A stretch of 64,000 bases of DNA from an uncultured delta proteobacterium (GTDB lineage Bacteria > Desulfobacterota > Binatia > UBA9968): assembly GCA_963760795.1 (NCBI GenBank), contig CAVXEP010000032.1:256001-320000 (forward strand). Reading direction: 5' to 3'. How positions within the stretch are numbered: position 1 is the first letter of the stretch; each line of letters begins with the position of its first letter. Below are positions 49,059 to 59,803 of the stretch, one piece after another. The notes under the pieces are model-generated. The model ran no database searches, was not told the DNA's origin, and worked only from the letters and a program-made list of their open reading frames with translations. The translations under genes were made by a program, and so were the position numbers.

Positions 49059-49907
49059 ATGGACATCCATGTCAGCCCACAGATTGAAAGGTTGATTCGC
49101 GACGCGCTGGACGAAGATATCGGTGCCGGCGATCTGGCCACCATGGCGACGATATCGGCCGACGCGCGGGGCAAGGGACTGTTCCGCGCCAAGAAGGACG
49201 GCGTGGCCGCCGGTTTGGTGCTGCTCGACCGGATTTTTTATTTCATCGATCATCGAGTCGAGGTTCGTTTGCTGGTCAAAGACGGCAGTCCAGTGAAGTC
49301 GGGTACTGTGGTCGCCGAAGTCATTGGACCGGTGCGCGCGTTGCTCCTGGGCGAGCGCACGGCGCTGAATTTCTTGCAACAACTGTCTGGCACGGCTACT
49401 TTGACAAGAAAGTTGGTCGATGCGGTCAAAGGTTTTCCCTGCAAAGTCCTCGATACGCGCAAGACCACGCCGGGTCTGCGAACCTTACAGAAGTACGCCG
49501 TGCGCATGGGCGGCGGCACCAATCATCGCATCGGTCTCTATGACGCCGCCCTGGTTAAGGATAATCATATCGAAGCCACCGGCTCCATCGCCGAAGCGGT
49601 GAAAGCGGTGCGCCGCAACGCGCCGTTCATGGCCAAAGTCGAAGTCGAGGCGGGCAATCTAAAACAAGTGCAGGAAGCTATCGATGCCGGCGCCGATGTC
49701 ATCATGCTCGACAACATGAACTTGGCGCAGATGGCCGAAGCGGTGAAGCTAATTAACAAGCGGGCCGGCGTCGAAGCTTCGGGCGGCATTACTTTGGAAT
49801 CGATTCGCCAAGTCGCGGAAACCGGTGTCGATTTTATTTCCTCCGGCGCGCTCACCCATTCGGCGCCGGTGGTCGACTTCAACATGAAAATCACCATGAA
49901 TGTCTGA
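49059..49907 (+). CDS. nadC: Nicotinate-nucleotide diphosphorylase (carboxylating)
   Basis: ERTALN, DTRKTTPGLR, NHRIGL, KDNH, IMLDN and EASGGI. Confidence 0.96.
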   Translation: MDIHVSPQIERLIRDALDEDIGAGDLATMATISADARGKGLFRAKKDGVAAGLVLLDRIFYFIDHRVEVRLLVKDGSPVKSGTVVAEVIGPVRALLLGERTALNFLQQLSGTATLTRKLVDAVKGFPCKVLDTRKTTPGLRTLQKYAVRMGGGTNHRIGLYDAALVKDNHIEATGSIAEAVKAVRRNAPFMAKVEVEAGNLKQVQEAIDAGADVIMLDNMNLAQMAEAVKLINKRAGVEASGGITLESIRQVAETGVDFISSGALTHSAPVVDFNMKITMNV

Positions 49908-50736
49908 GCCCAAGGTGGTTTCATCGGCGCAGGATACCGAGCCAGGCTCCCTCGACATTGCCCAGATTACCCAGGGCCTGGGCGCCAGCCGCTTGGCTAC
50001 TATCATTCACTATTTTCCCGAGATCGGTTCGACTAACAGCTACGCCAAGGAGCGCGCCGAGTCTGGCGCCGGCGAGGGAGAGGTGGTGGTCGCTGAATCC
50101 CAGAGCCAAGGGCGCGGCCGCTTGGGGCGGCGCTGGGAATCGCCACCTTTCGCCAATCTCTACGTCTCGATCTTACTTCGTCCGAAACTTTCCCCGGCCC
50201 ATGTGGCGCAGATTACATTGATGGCGGCGGTAGCCCTGGCTGAAGTGGTCGAGGGATTCGTCCCGGAGAAGCCCGCGATCAAATGGCCCAACGATATTCT
50301 CATCGGCGGCAAAAAACTCGCCGGCATACTCACCGAAGCGGCGTGCTCGGCCGAGCGCGTGGAATACGTGATTTTGGGCATCGGTGTCAATCTCAACTAC
50401 GCTTGTTCGGCGATGCCGGAGGAGATTCGCCGGCGCGCCACTTCGGTGCTGGAGGCGGCCGGCCGGCCGGTGCAGCGGGAAAGCTTTCTGCAACGATTGA
50501 TTCAAGGTATCGAGCGGTGTTATGGAGAGCTTGAACAAGCTGGCTTCGATGCTTTGGCGGCCCGTTGGGAGAGTTATTTCGCCTGGCGCGGGCGGCGCGT
50601 ACGGGTCGAGTTGCTCGATCAAGTGACCACCGGAACTGCCAGAGGCATCGATCGCGATGGCGCCCTGATAATCGTTGATGACGGCGGCGTCGCGCACAGA
50701 ATTCTCGCCGGCGATGTAATTTTAGCGGAGAATTGA
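49900..50736 (+). CDS. birA: Biotin--[acetyl-CoA-carboxylase] ligase (no N-terminal HTH)
   Basis: [22 protein letters not shown] and KLAGILTE. Confidence 0.94.
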   Translation: MSEPKVVSSAQDTEPGSLDIAQITQGLGASRLATIIHYFPEIGSTNSYAKERAESGAGEGEVVVAESQSQGRGRLGRRWESPPFANLYVSILLRPKLSPAHVAQITLMAAVALAEVVEGFVPEKPAIKWPNDILIGGKKLAGILTEAACSAERVEYVILGIGVNLNYACSAMPEEIRRRATSVLEAAGRPVQRESFLQRLIQGIERCYGELEQAGFDALAARWESYFAWRGRRVRVELLDQVTTGTARGIDRDGALIIVDDGGVAHRILAGDVILAEN

Positions 50737-50746
50737 CACGCACTTC

Positions 50747-51523
50747 ATGCTGCTTGCCATCGACATCGGTAACACCAACATCGTTCTTGGCCTCTATGAA
50801 GGCAAGAAACTCATCACCCACTGGCGCTTGGCGACCCAAGCGGAACGCACCGCCGATGAGTATGGCGTAATCTTAACCCAGCTGGTCGAGCATGGCGGTT
50901 TTCGCTGCGCGCAAATCTCGGCCATCGCGGTTTCCTGCGTGGTGCCGCCCATGCTCACCACGACGCAAGAATTCGCCACTAGGTTTTTCGATCGCGAGCC
51001 TCTCTTCGTCGGCCCCGGAATCAAAACCGGCATGCCGATTCTTTACGAGAACCCCAAGGATGTCGGCGCCGACCGCATCGTCAATGGAATCGCCGCCTAC
51101 GAAAAATATCGTGACGCTTGCATCGTCGTCGATTTCGGCACGGCTACGACCATCGATCTGATCTCCCCAAAAGGCGAATACATCGGCGGCGCGATCGCGC
51201 CCGGCCTGTCGATTTCCCTCGAAGCGCTGGTGCAGCGGGCGTCGAAGCTGCCGCGCATCGAAATCATCAAGCCCAAAGAGGTGGTCGGGCGCAATACCGT
51301 CAATTCGATTCAGGCGGGAATTTTCTACGGTTATGTCGGGCTGGTCGACGGCCTGGTCAAGCGCATTCAAAAGGAGCAGAACGTCCGGGTCAAGGTCGTC
51401 GCCACCGGCGGCCTGGCGCCGTTGGTGGCGTCGGAGTGCGCGACCATTGACGAGGTCGACGAATTTTTAACTCTTGACGGCCTGCGCATCATCCATGAAA
51501 GGAATGCAGTAACGAGGCAATAA
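50747..51523 (+). CDS. coaX: Type III pantothenate kinase
   Basis: [27 protein letters not shown] and ATGG. Confidence 0.96.
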   Translation: MLLAIDIGNTNIVLGLYEGKKLITHWRLATQAERTADEYGVILTQLVEHGGFRCAQISAIAVSCVVPPMLTTTQEFATRFFDREPLFVGPGIKTGMPILYENPKDVGADRIVNGIAAYEKYRDACIVVDFGTATTIDLISPKGEYIGGAIAPGLSISLEALVQRASKLPRIEIIKPKEVVGRNTVNSIQAGIFYGYVGLVDGLVKRIQKEQNVRVKVVATGGLAPLVASECATIDEVDEFLTLDGLRIIHERNAVTRQ

Positions 51524-51567
51524 CGAAAATAGTCAACCGGCAGAATTTGTAAGGAGGAATCCTTTTT

Positions 51568-53679
51568 ATGGCTGCAACCGAGTTCGATAAACTGCGTAAC
51601 GTCGGCATCCTGGGTCAGGGAGGTTCAGGGAAGACCTCTTTAGGCGAGGCGATGTTGTTTGCCGCGGGGGCGACTCAGCGGCTGGGCAAGGTCCTAGACG
51701 GCACTTCGGTGCTCGATTATGAGCCGGAAGAGATCAAACATCGGGTCACGATCTCGACGGCGTTTCACTCCTTGGCTTGGAAGAAACATGGCATCACGTT
51801 GATCGACACGCCGGGCTACGCGGCGTTTCTGGCCGACTCGGTCAACAGCATCCGCGCCATGGGCGTTGCCGTGTTCGTGCTCAATCCCAGCGTCGGCGTG
51901 CGTGTCGAATCGGAGCGCTTATGGGCGCGCGCTAATGACGAGGGTGTGAGCCGTTTGTTGTTTGTCAGTAAGATGGATCACGAGCAGGCCAATATCCGCG
52001 AACGCATCGCCCCCATGCTGGAAACTCTGGAAGCCAAGGGGCTTTACTTGCAGATGCCGATCGGAACCGAGCTCGGCTTCAAGGGAGTCGTCGATCTCTT
52101 GTCGATGAAGGCGTTTATCTACGAGGGCGACACGGGCAAATATGCCGAAGCCGATATCCCCGCCGAGCTCAAGGAGGAGGCGGACGAGTGGCGCGAGAAA
52201 TTGATCGAGGAGATTTCCGAACTCGACGACGCGTTGATCGAGAAGTATCTCGACGGTAAAGAGTTTTCTATCGATGAAATGAAAAAGGCCATCCGTGACG
52301 CCACCCGGGAGCGGCGGGCGTTTCCGATCCTGTTCGGTGCGCCGCTGCGCCAGATCGGCGTAGCGCAATTGCTCGATGCGGTAATCGACTATTTGCCTGC
52401 GCCTCTCGATGAGACGGCGTCTGAAGGCAAGAATCCGGCGAACGGCGAAACGCTTACGCGCAAACATGATCCCGACGCGCCGTTTTCGGCCTATGTATTT
52501 AAGACCGTGATCGATCCGTTCGCCGGCAAACTGTCGATCCTGCGCGTGCTCTCGGGCAAGCTCACCTCCGACCTGACGGCCTATGTGCCGAACCGGCAAA
52601 TTCGCGAAAAGGTCGGCCATATATTTCGCCTCGAAGGCAAGAAGCAGGAGGCGGTCAAGGAAGCACTGGCCGGCGAGATCGTTGCTGTCGCCAAGTTCAA
52701 GGACGTCGCCACCGGCGATACGCTGTGCGACGAAAAGGCGCCGATTCAATACGACGGACCGGTGCACTTCACGCCCAACATTTCCTTTGCCTTGGAACCG
52801 AAGAGCAAAGCCGACGAAGATAAGCTGCCCAATGGTTTGCACCGCATGCGCGAGGAAGATCAGACCATCGAACTGCATCGCGACGAGGAGACCCGCGATT
52901 TTATTTTATCCGGCATGGGCCAGCAGCATGTTGAAATCGCCGTCGAGAAATTGAAACGCAAATATGGCGCCGAGGTCGTGCTCAAAGCGCCCAAGGTGCC
53001 GTACAAAGAAACCATTCGCGGCAGCGCCAGCGCCCAAGGCCGACAAAAAAAACAGACCGGCGGCCACGGCCAGTTTGGCGATACCTGGATCAAAGTCGAA
53101 CCGCTGCCCCATGGCGCCGGTTTTGAATTCGTCGACAAGATCGTCGGCGGCGCGATCCCGCGCAATTATATCCCGGCGGTGGAGAAGGGGATTAGAGAGG
53201 CGATGGCGGGCGGCTACCTGGCCGGTTATCCCATGGTCGATGTTAGGGCGACGCTCTATGACGGCTCCTATCATGATGTCGATTCTTCGGATATGGCGTT
53301 TAAAATCGCCGCGTCCATGGGATTTAGAAATGCCGTCGAGAAAGCCAAACCGGTGCTGCTCGAACCGATCATGAATATGGAAGTGTCGGTGCCCGACGAA
53401 TGCATGGGCGACGTCATCGGCGATCTCAACAGCCGGCGCGGCAAGGTGGTGGGTATGGAGACCAAGGGCCACACCCAGGTCATCAAATCCAAAGTGCCGA
53501 TGGCGGAGGTGCTCAAGTACGCCGCCGATCTACGCGCCATCACCAGTGGCCGCGGTGAGTTTCACCTGGAGTTCGCACACTATGAAGAGATGCCGGCGCA
53601 TTTGGCGGAGAGAGTCGTTAAGGAAGCAAGCGCGCGCAAGATGGCCGAACACGACGGTGGCATCAAGGCCCACGGTTAA
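51568..53679 (+). CDS. fusA: Elongation factor G paralog (EF-G2 type)
   Basis: GQGGSGKT, DTPG, SKMD, KKQTGGHGQF and DGSYHDVDSS; located outside the str operon. Confidence 0.93.
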   Translation: MAATEFDKLRNVGILGQGGSGKTSLGEAMLFAAGATQRLGKVLDGTSVLDYEPEEIKHRVTISTAFHSLAWKKHGITLIDTPGYAAFLADSVNSIRAMGVAVFVLNPSVGVRVESERLWARANDEGVSRLLFVSKMDHEQANIRERIAPMLETLEAKGLYLQMPIGTELGFKGVVDLLSMKAFIYEGDTGKYAEADIPAELKEEADEWREKLIEEISELDDALIEKYLDGKEFSIDEMKKAIRDATRERRAFPILFGAPLRQIGVAQLLDAVIDYLPAPLDETASEGKNPANGETLTRKHDPDAPFSAYVFKTVIDPFAGKLSILRVLSGKLTSDLTAYVPNRQIREKVGHIFRLEGKKQEAVKEALAGEIVAVAKFKDVATGDTLCDEKAPIQYDGPVHFTPNISFALEPKSKADEDKLPNGLHRMREEDQTIELHRDEETRDFILSGMGQQHVEIAVEKLKRKYGAEVVLKAPKVPYKETIRGSASAQGRQKKQTGGHGQFGDTWIKVEPLPHGAGFEFVDKIVGGAIPRNYIPAVEKGIREAMAGGYLAGYPMVDVRATLYDGSYHDVDSSDMAFKIAASMGFRNAVEKAKPVLLEPIMNMEVSVPDECMGDVIGDLNSRRGKVVGMETKGHTQVIKSKVPMAEVLKYAADLRAITSGRGEFHLEFAHYEEMPAHLAERVVKEASARKMAEHDGGIKAHG

Positions 53680-53687
53680 GTGTCCTG

Positions 53688-53906
53688 ATGGCAGAATCCT
53701 ACGGTCAATTCAATGCCAGTTTGCTCTACTGCAATAAGTGCGGCCAGGCGATGCCGGTGCGCCAGCGTTTATTGCTGGTATTACCCGACGGTGAGATGTA
53801 CGACTACACCTGTCAGCGCTGCAATAGTTCGGTCGGTTCGAAAACCGAGAAAGCCGGTGTGAATCCAAACAGCGGCGGCGCAAAATCTCGCTTAGGAGGA
53901 CTTTGA
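53688..53906 (+). CDS. Small zinc-ribbon protein
   Basis: LYCNKC...PVRQRLLLVLP.G..YDYTCQRC...VGSK. Confidence 0.8.
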   Translation: MAESYGQFNASLLYCNKCGQAMPVRQRLLLVLPDGEMYDYTCQRCNSSVGSKTEKAGVNPNSGGAKSRLGGL

Positions 53907-53908
53907 CG

Positions 53909-54941
53909 ATGGCAGTGATCGATTCCGATGCCCATGTGCTCGAGACCGAACATACCTGGGATTACATGTTGGAGTCTGAGCGGTCGCTCAAACCTCGGAT
54001 CGTCCCGACACCCAACGACCCAAGCTCGGGCGGTGAATCCTGGTTGATCGACGGCACCTATCTCGGCAAAGCGCGCAACGTCGGCGCCGATACTTCCCGT
54101 GAAGCGCGCGAGATGGAGGATATCAACGCCCGCCTTCGCCATATGGACGAGCTCAATATCGATATCCAAGTGTTATATCCGACGGTTTTCCTCCGGCCGT
54201 TTACGCGCCGTCCGGAGGTCGAACTCGGGGTCACGCGCAGCTACAACCGCTGGCTTGTCGATATCTGGAAAAAAGCTCCCGAGCGGCTCCGTTGGGTGGC
54301 GGTGTTGCCGTTGCTGTCCATGGACAAAGCCTTGGAAGAAGCGCGCTTCGCCAAGGCAAACGGCGCCTGCGGCATTTTTATCCGCGGCCTCGAAGGCGAC
54401 AAACGGCTGCATGATGACTATTTTTATCCGCTCTACGAGGAAGCCGGCAAACTCGACCTGCCGGTGTGCGTGCATTCTGCCACCGGCAGTTTTGCCGTGC
54501 ATGATTATTTCGCCGACGAGTGCGGCTTCAACCGTTTCAAGCTCGCCGTGGTCGGTTCGTTTCATTCGCTGATCTTTCTACAAGATTCCGGAAAAATTTC
54601 CCAAGACCAAATGGGCGTTTATCGAGGTCAGCGCCCAGTGGGTGCCCTACGCGATTCACGATTACGCCCGGCGCTTCGAGCGCAGCGGCAGCGCCAAGAT
54701 CGACAAATCTCAAGTGCTGCGCAAGAACAAAATCTGGGTGGCCTGCCAGACCGATGACGACCTGCCCTACGTGCTAAAATATTCCGGCGACGACATGCTG
54801 GTGATCGGCACCGATTACGGCCACAACGATACTTCGTCGGAGATTCTGGCGCTGCGTAAACTCAAAGAAGACGGGACGATTCCGACCCCGGTGGTGAACC
54901 GGATTCTCGACGACAACGCGCGCGCGTTATACGGCTTATAG
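53909..54941 (+). CDS. Amidohydrolase_2 family protein, frameshift near 54580
   Basis: IDSDAHVLE, YNRWL and CVH; C-terminus GTDYGHND lies in ORF 54642-54941. Confidence 0.88.
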
Positions 54942-54970
54942 AATAGCTTTTCAGGAGCGGCAGCTTTAGC

Positions 54971-55996
54971 ATGATCATCGATTTCCAAGCCCATGTTTTT
55001 CCCGAGGCCTATCTCGCCGAGATGAAGCGTCTCGACGGCGCGGTGATTGTCGAAGCGCCCGATCCGAATAGCGGCATGACCTATTTTTATGACAAGAAAC
55101 TCGCCTGCCGGATCAACACCTGTACGCTGCAAGGGCAGAACATCGAACGCCGCTTACAGCATATGGATCAGCATGGTATCGACATCCATGTGCTGACGAT
55201 CCCGGCGCCGGGGGCGGACCGTTTCGAGGGCAAGGGCGCGGTTCAAATCGCCCGCATCGCCAACGACGCCATCGCCGCCATCGCGCGTCAGCATCCGAAA
55301 CGTTTCATCGGTTTCTTCACCCTGCCGACTTGTAGTATCAAGGCGTCGCTTGACGAGTTGGAAAGATCGGTCAACGAGTTGGGCTTGCGCGGTTTCGCTG
55401 GCTTCGCCAATCTCAACAGCCAGGCTTTGGACCGCGAAGAACTGTTTCCGATCTATGAGCGGCTGGCTAAATATAGACTGCCCGTTTATATCCATCCGAC
55501 CGCGCCGCTAGCGACGGCTTCAAGCGGCATCGACATCATGCCGACTCTGATCTTCGGCTGGGCCTACGATTGCACGGTGGCGATGACCCGGTTGGTTTAT
55601 GGCCGAGTGCTGGAGCGCTTTCCGGATATCAACTGGGTGGTTGCCGATGTCGGCGGCGTCTTGGCGTTCTTTGCCCAGCGGGCGATTAATATTTATACCG
55701 GCCGCACCGAGGAGATTCGCCACAAGTACGGCTTGAAAGAGAACCCGCTCGATTCCTTCCGGCGCTTTTACGTCGACACGGCGGATCATCCGGCGTCGAC
55801 GCTGCGTTGCGTCAAGGATTTCTTCACGCCGGAGCGGATGGTCCTGGGAACCAATTATCCCTATGGCCCGGAAGAGGGCTGCATCCTGCTGCGCAATAGT
55901 CTGCAAGCAATTGACGGCCTCGATCTCGACGCCGCCGACAAGCAAAAGATTCTTGGCGGCAATGCCGCTAAAATTCTTGGATTAGGAGCGCAATGA
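54971..55996 (+). CDS. Amidohydrolase_2 family protein (ACMSD/decarboxylase-like)
   Basis: IIDFQAH, ANDAIA, YIHP, FYVDTA and LGTNYPY. Confidence 0.88.
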   Translation: MIIDFQAHVFPEAYLAEMKRLDGAVIVEAPDPNSGMTYFYDKKLACRINTCTLQGQNIERRLQHMDQHGIDIHVLTIPAPGADRFEGKGAVQIARIANDAIAAIARQHPKRFIGFFTLPTCSIKASLDELERSVNELGLRGFAGFANLNSQALDREELFPIYERLAKYRLPVYIHPTAPLATASSGIDIMPTLIFGWAYDCTVAMTRLVYGRVLERFPDINWVVADVGGVLAFFAQRAINIYTGRTEEIRHKYGLKENPLDSFRRFYVDTADHPASTLRCVKDFFTPERMVLGTNYPYGPEEGCILLRNSLQAIDGLDLDAADKQKILGGNAAKILGLGAQ

Positions 55997-57598
55997 GGTT
56001 TCAAAAAGCGGCCCGGCCGGTGATCATGGGCCAGAACGGCATGGTTTCGTCCGGTCATTATCTGGCGTCCCTCGCCGGCGTCGAGATTCTCAAGGAAGGC
56101 GGCAATGCGGTTGATGCCGCGCTCGCCGCGGCTTTCGTCTCCGCGGTGGTTAAACCCGAAACGAGCGGGCCCGGCGGCGATCTGTTCGCCCTGGTGTCGA
56201 TGAAGAAATCCGGCAAGGTCGAAGCGCTCAACGCCAGCGGCCCGGCGCCGGCCAAGGCGAGCATCGAAGAGTTTCACCGTCTGCGGTTTAAAGAGCATTC
56301 CCCAATACGGGCCGCTCGCCATCGCGGTACCCGGCGCCGTCGATGGCTGGCTCGAACTGCACAAGAAATACGGCACCGTGGATTTGCCGCGCTTGACCGC
56401 CGACGCTGTGCGCATCGGCCGCGAGGGCTTTCCGATTTCTCTGGAATTCTCCGAAGCGGTGCATGAGTTGGCGCCGAACTATCCTTGGGTCGACAAATAT
56501 TATCGCCAGCCCTTCGGCGCGGCCAAGCCGGGTAAGATTCTCGTGCAACCGGGCTTGGCCGGCGTCTTCGAAAAGATCGCGCGCCAGGGCCGCGCCGGCT
56601 TTTATTCCGGTGAGATTGCCGAAAAGATCTGCGCCACGGTCAAAGCCGAAGGCGGGCTGCTCGCCCAAGAAGACTTGCAGCCGGTGGTTTGCCAGTGGCG
56701 GGAGCCGCTGGTGTCCACCTATCGCGATACCACCGTGTATGAGCAGCCGCCGGTGTCCCAAGGCTTCATGGTTTTGGAAATGCTCAACATCGCCGAGGCC
56801 TGGCCGTTTCACGATGGCAGCATGAGCCAGGCGGAGATGGTGCATTTTCAAATCGCCGCGAAGAAGCTGGCTTTTGAGGATCGCATCAAGCATCTCGAAG
56901 ATCCGGCGTTTGGCGATGCCAAGATTATTGCCCAATTGATCTCCAAAGAGCATGCGGCGCAGCGGCGTCTGCTCGTCGACGAAATCCTGCGCCGGCCCGC
57001 GGCGCCGGCGGGTCATCAGAGCAGCGACACGACTTATCTTTGCGCCACCGACCGCGATGGCAACGCGATCTCGTTCATTCAGAGCGTCTTCGCGCCCTTC
57101 GGCTCGCGGGTGATCGCCGGTGACACCGGCGTGATCATGAACAACCGGTTATGCAGTTTCGGTCTCGATCCGAGCAAGGCCAATGCGCTCAAGCCCGGCA
57201 AACGGCCAGCGCACACCCTCAACACATACATGGTGTTTCGCGGCGGCGAAGTTTTCGCCGTGGGCGGTAGCCCCGGCGCCGACGAACAGCCGCAGACCAA
57301 CTTTCAGATCATTCACGACTTGGTCGACCTCGACATGGACCCGCAGTCCGCCGTCGAAGCGCCGCGCTGGAGCCACATGCCCGGCACGCCGCCGCGCGAT
57401 CAGCTGCCCGAGGCCTTGCGCATGGAAGACGGCTATCCGAGCGCGACACTCGATGCTTTACGCGCCAAGGGTCACATAGTCACAGTGGTCGACCGTTGGT
57501 CCTTCGGTAGCGCCAAGGTGATCGTCCGCGACCGTGACAATGGTTCGTGGTTGGGCGGCGCCGATCCGCGCCGCGTCGCGTACGCGCTGGGTTGGTGA
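55993..57598 (+). CDS. Gamma-glutamyltransferase family protein, frameshift near 56290
   Basis: GGNAVDAA, GGDLF, VPGAVDGW, autocatalytic DTTY, PGKRPAHTL and GGADPRR. Confidence 0.92.
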
Positions 57599-57648
57599 GC
57601 ACCAGCCCGATTCCTTTCCAAACAATTTCAGATCGCGAGGATAATCCG

Positions 57649-58078
57649 ATACGCGGCAGAGTTAACTTTGGGGCCGCCTTGGCACTAAGTTTAGTCGTTG
57701 GATCGTTTGTTTCACGCGCTGCAGCCGCCGCCGAGGCGGGAATTTTCTCATCACCGAACGACCCTCAAGGCGGGCCACGCCGGACTGAAAGAGTTGGGCA
57801 ATATCACGGAGAAGAACGTGCCGATGATCCACGCGGCGAAACAAGTAATCGCCAAGTACACCAAGACCGACGACAAGCAGGATTTGGACGATTTCTACAA
57901 GACCAACTTCACCGCCTGGGAACGCGCGCCTTATGTATCGCTGCCGGCGGTGCAAACCATGCTCGACTTCGCCAATCATCCGGCGGGCAAGAGCGCGAAG
58001 TCCGAGCAGTTCGTCGACAATTCGGTGATCGCCGAGCTGGAAAAGTCCGGCTTCATTGATCGACTCTACAAACAATAG
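57649..58078 (+). pseudogene. Internally deleted NitT/TauT substrate-binding protein relic
   Basis: GAGGA site then ATA in place of ATG. A signal peptide is joined directly to a mid-protein piece (AGIFSSP/TTLKAGHAGLKELGNI) and the family C-terminus (FVDNSVIAELEKSGFIDRLYK). About 140 aa versus about 335 aa for paralogs. Confidence 0.7.
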
Positions 58079-58228
58079 CTGCTATCTGGTTGGGTAATTG
58101 TCGGGGTACGGTCGACCGCTGCACCAGTGTCGCTGTGCCAGTGATTGAATAGCTGGGCAAGGGCCATTGGCCGGTGGCGAGAATTTTGCTATCTAAATTT
58201 GGGGCTCGTAGTGGAGTTTTATTAGCTT

Positions 58229-58720
58229 ATGTTTGAGGGATGGTCTTATTCCCAAGTCCTGCGCATCATCGGACAATCTCTGGAAGAACGCGATGTGCAG
58301 GATTTTTGGCTGGTATGGCAGGAGGGCGAATTCGTCCTGCACTGCAAACGGGTCGCGCGGTTGGAGCAACGTTGGCTCGACAAACTCCGCGGTCAAAAGG
58401 TTGGCCGCACCGAGCGCAGCTTTGAACTTCACTACCCGCTGAAGAGTCTTGTTTGGCTCCAGATCCGCGGCGAGACGATGCGCAGAGACCCTAATCAGAT
58501 TCCCGATTACTTTCGCTTGTCGCAAACCCTGCGTACCGTGGGATGCTACCTTGAGAACCGTTCCATGGCGATCGTGTCGCTGCGGCGAGGCGGAGGGATT
58601 TTGTATCTGGAGTTCATGGATCGCAGCGGCAAGACACGTATCGAAGAACATACCATGGGCTCCTTTGAACATTATTTTCTGCGTACCTATCTGCGCCAGC
58701 GCAAAGAGCGTCAGGCTTGA
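58229..58720 (+). CDS. Hypothetical protein with internal duplication
   Basis: SYSQVLRIIGQSLE and RLSQTLRTVGCYLE begin two similar halves. Confidence 0.72.
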   Translation: MFEGWSYSQVLRIIGQSLEERDVQDFWLVWQEGEFVLHCKRVARLEQRWLDKLRGQKVGRTERSFELHYPLKSLVWLQIRGETMRRDPNQIPDYFRLSQTLRTVGCYLENRSMAIVSLRRGGGILYLEFMDRSGKTRIEEHTMGSFEHYFLRTYLRQRKERQA

Positions 58721-58744
58721 AGCGCTGCGGCGCGGGAAGATGAG

Positions 58745-59587
58745 ATGGAACAAGTAGGCATGATCGGTACTGGCGCCATGGGTTTGGCGCTGTTGGAGCG
58801 GCTCAATTTGGCCGGTGTCGGCGACGTGGTCTGCTACGATGCCCATGCGCCGGCGCTGGAGGATGCGCGCAAGCTCGGCTTTACCGCAGTTGCCAGTGTT
58901 GCGGAAGTTGCCCAGCGCGCCACCCTCATCGACGTGGTTGTGCGTACGGATCAGGATATCCTCGATTGCATGATCGGTCCGGCCGCGGTTATCGAATCGG
59001 CGGCGTCCGGGACTTTGGTGCTGCTCCACAGTTCGATTTTGCCGCAGACGGTCAAGACCGTCGAAGCCGCGGCGCGCGCCAAAGACATTCACGTCGTCGA
59101 CGCCTGCATGACCGGTGTGCCGGACACTGTGCGCGCCGGAAAACTTAGTTTCGTCGTCGGCGGCGCGGATGACTTAGTCGAGCGCGCCAAGCCCCATCTG
59201 CTCAAGATGAGCCAGGAAGTGTTTCATATGGGGCCGGTGGGCACGGGAGCCGTGGGCAAGTTGATCAAGAATATGCTCGGCGGCGCCGAGGTGCTAATCG
59301 TCGATGAAGCGATTCGCATTGGCATCGCCGGCGGCATTCCTTATCCCAAAGCTTTGGAAATGATGCGGCGCATCGGCCATGACAGCGTGCTCAATCGGTG
59401 GCAGCGCACCTTTGATCCTTCGGGCAATGATCCGCTGCCCCGGTCCGGGCGCAATGTCTTGAACAAAGATATTCCGCTAGTAGCTGAACTGGCACGGCTG
59501 CTCAATACCGACACGCCGATCACCCAACAGTTAGCCGCCGCGGCCGATCGCGTCGTTAGCGCCAACGAAAAAAGAAACAAGGGTTGA
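58745..59587 (+). CDS. NAD(P)-dependent oxidoreductase, 3-hydroxyisobutyrate dehydrogenase family
   Basis: GMIGTGAMG, DACMTG, FVVGG, catalytic KLIKN and KD. Confidence 0.9.
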   Translation: MEQVGMIGTGAMGLALLERLNLAGVGDVVCYDAHAPALEDARKLGFTAVASVAEVAQRATLIDVVVRTDQDILDCMIGPAAVIESAASGTLVLLHSSILPQTVKTVEAAARAKDIHVVDACMTGVPDTVRAGKLSFVVGGADDLVERAKPHLLKMSQEVFHMGPVGTGAVGKLIKNMLGGAEVLIVDEAIRIGIAGGIPYPKALEMMRRIGHDSVLNRWQRTFDPSGNDPLPRSGRNVLNKDIPLVAELARLLNTDTPITQQLAAAADRVVSANEKRNKG

Positions 59588-59615
59588 GCCAAACTATAAC
59601 CGACACTCGAAATAT

Positions 59616-59746
59616 CTCCCGCAAACGCGAAAAGGTGATGGGTCGATGGCGTCAGCAGAGCGAACCCGAGGGAGCCATAAAGAATTTCTCCCTGCGGCCG
59701 AAATGACAACGATTCCCAAGGTGACGCCTTTGCGCCCTGGCGGGAG
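59616..59746. repeat. Nested degenerate palindromic elements
   Basis: Outer imperfect inverted repeat CTCCCGCAAACGCGAAAAGG / CCTTTGCGCCCTGGCGGGAG around a decayed ...TTTCTCCCTGCGGCCGAAATGACA REP-like unit. Confidence 0.5.
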
Positions 59747-59803
59747 GAATATTCATCCGTAAACCCTGTCGATCATCGTAATAAAGAGAGGAATAATTTT
59801 ATC

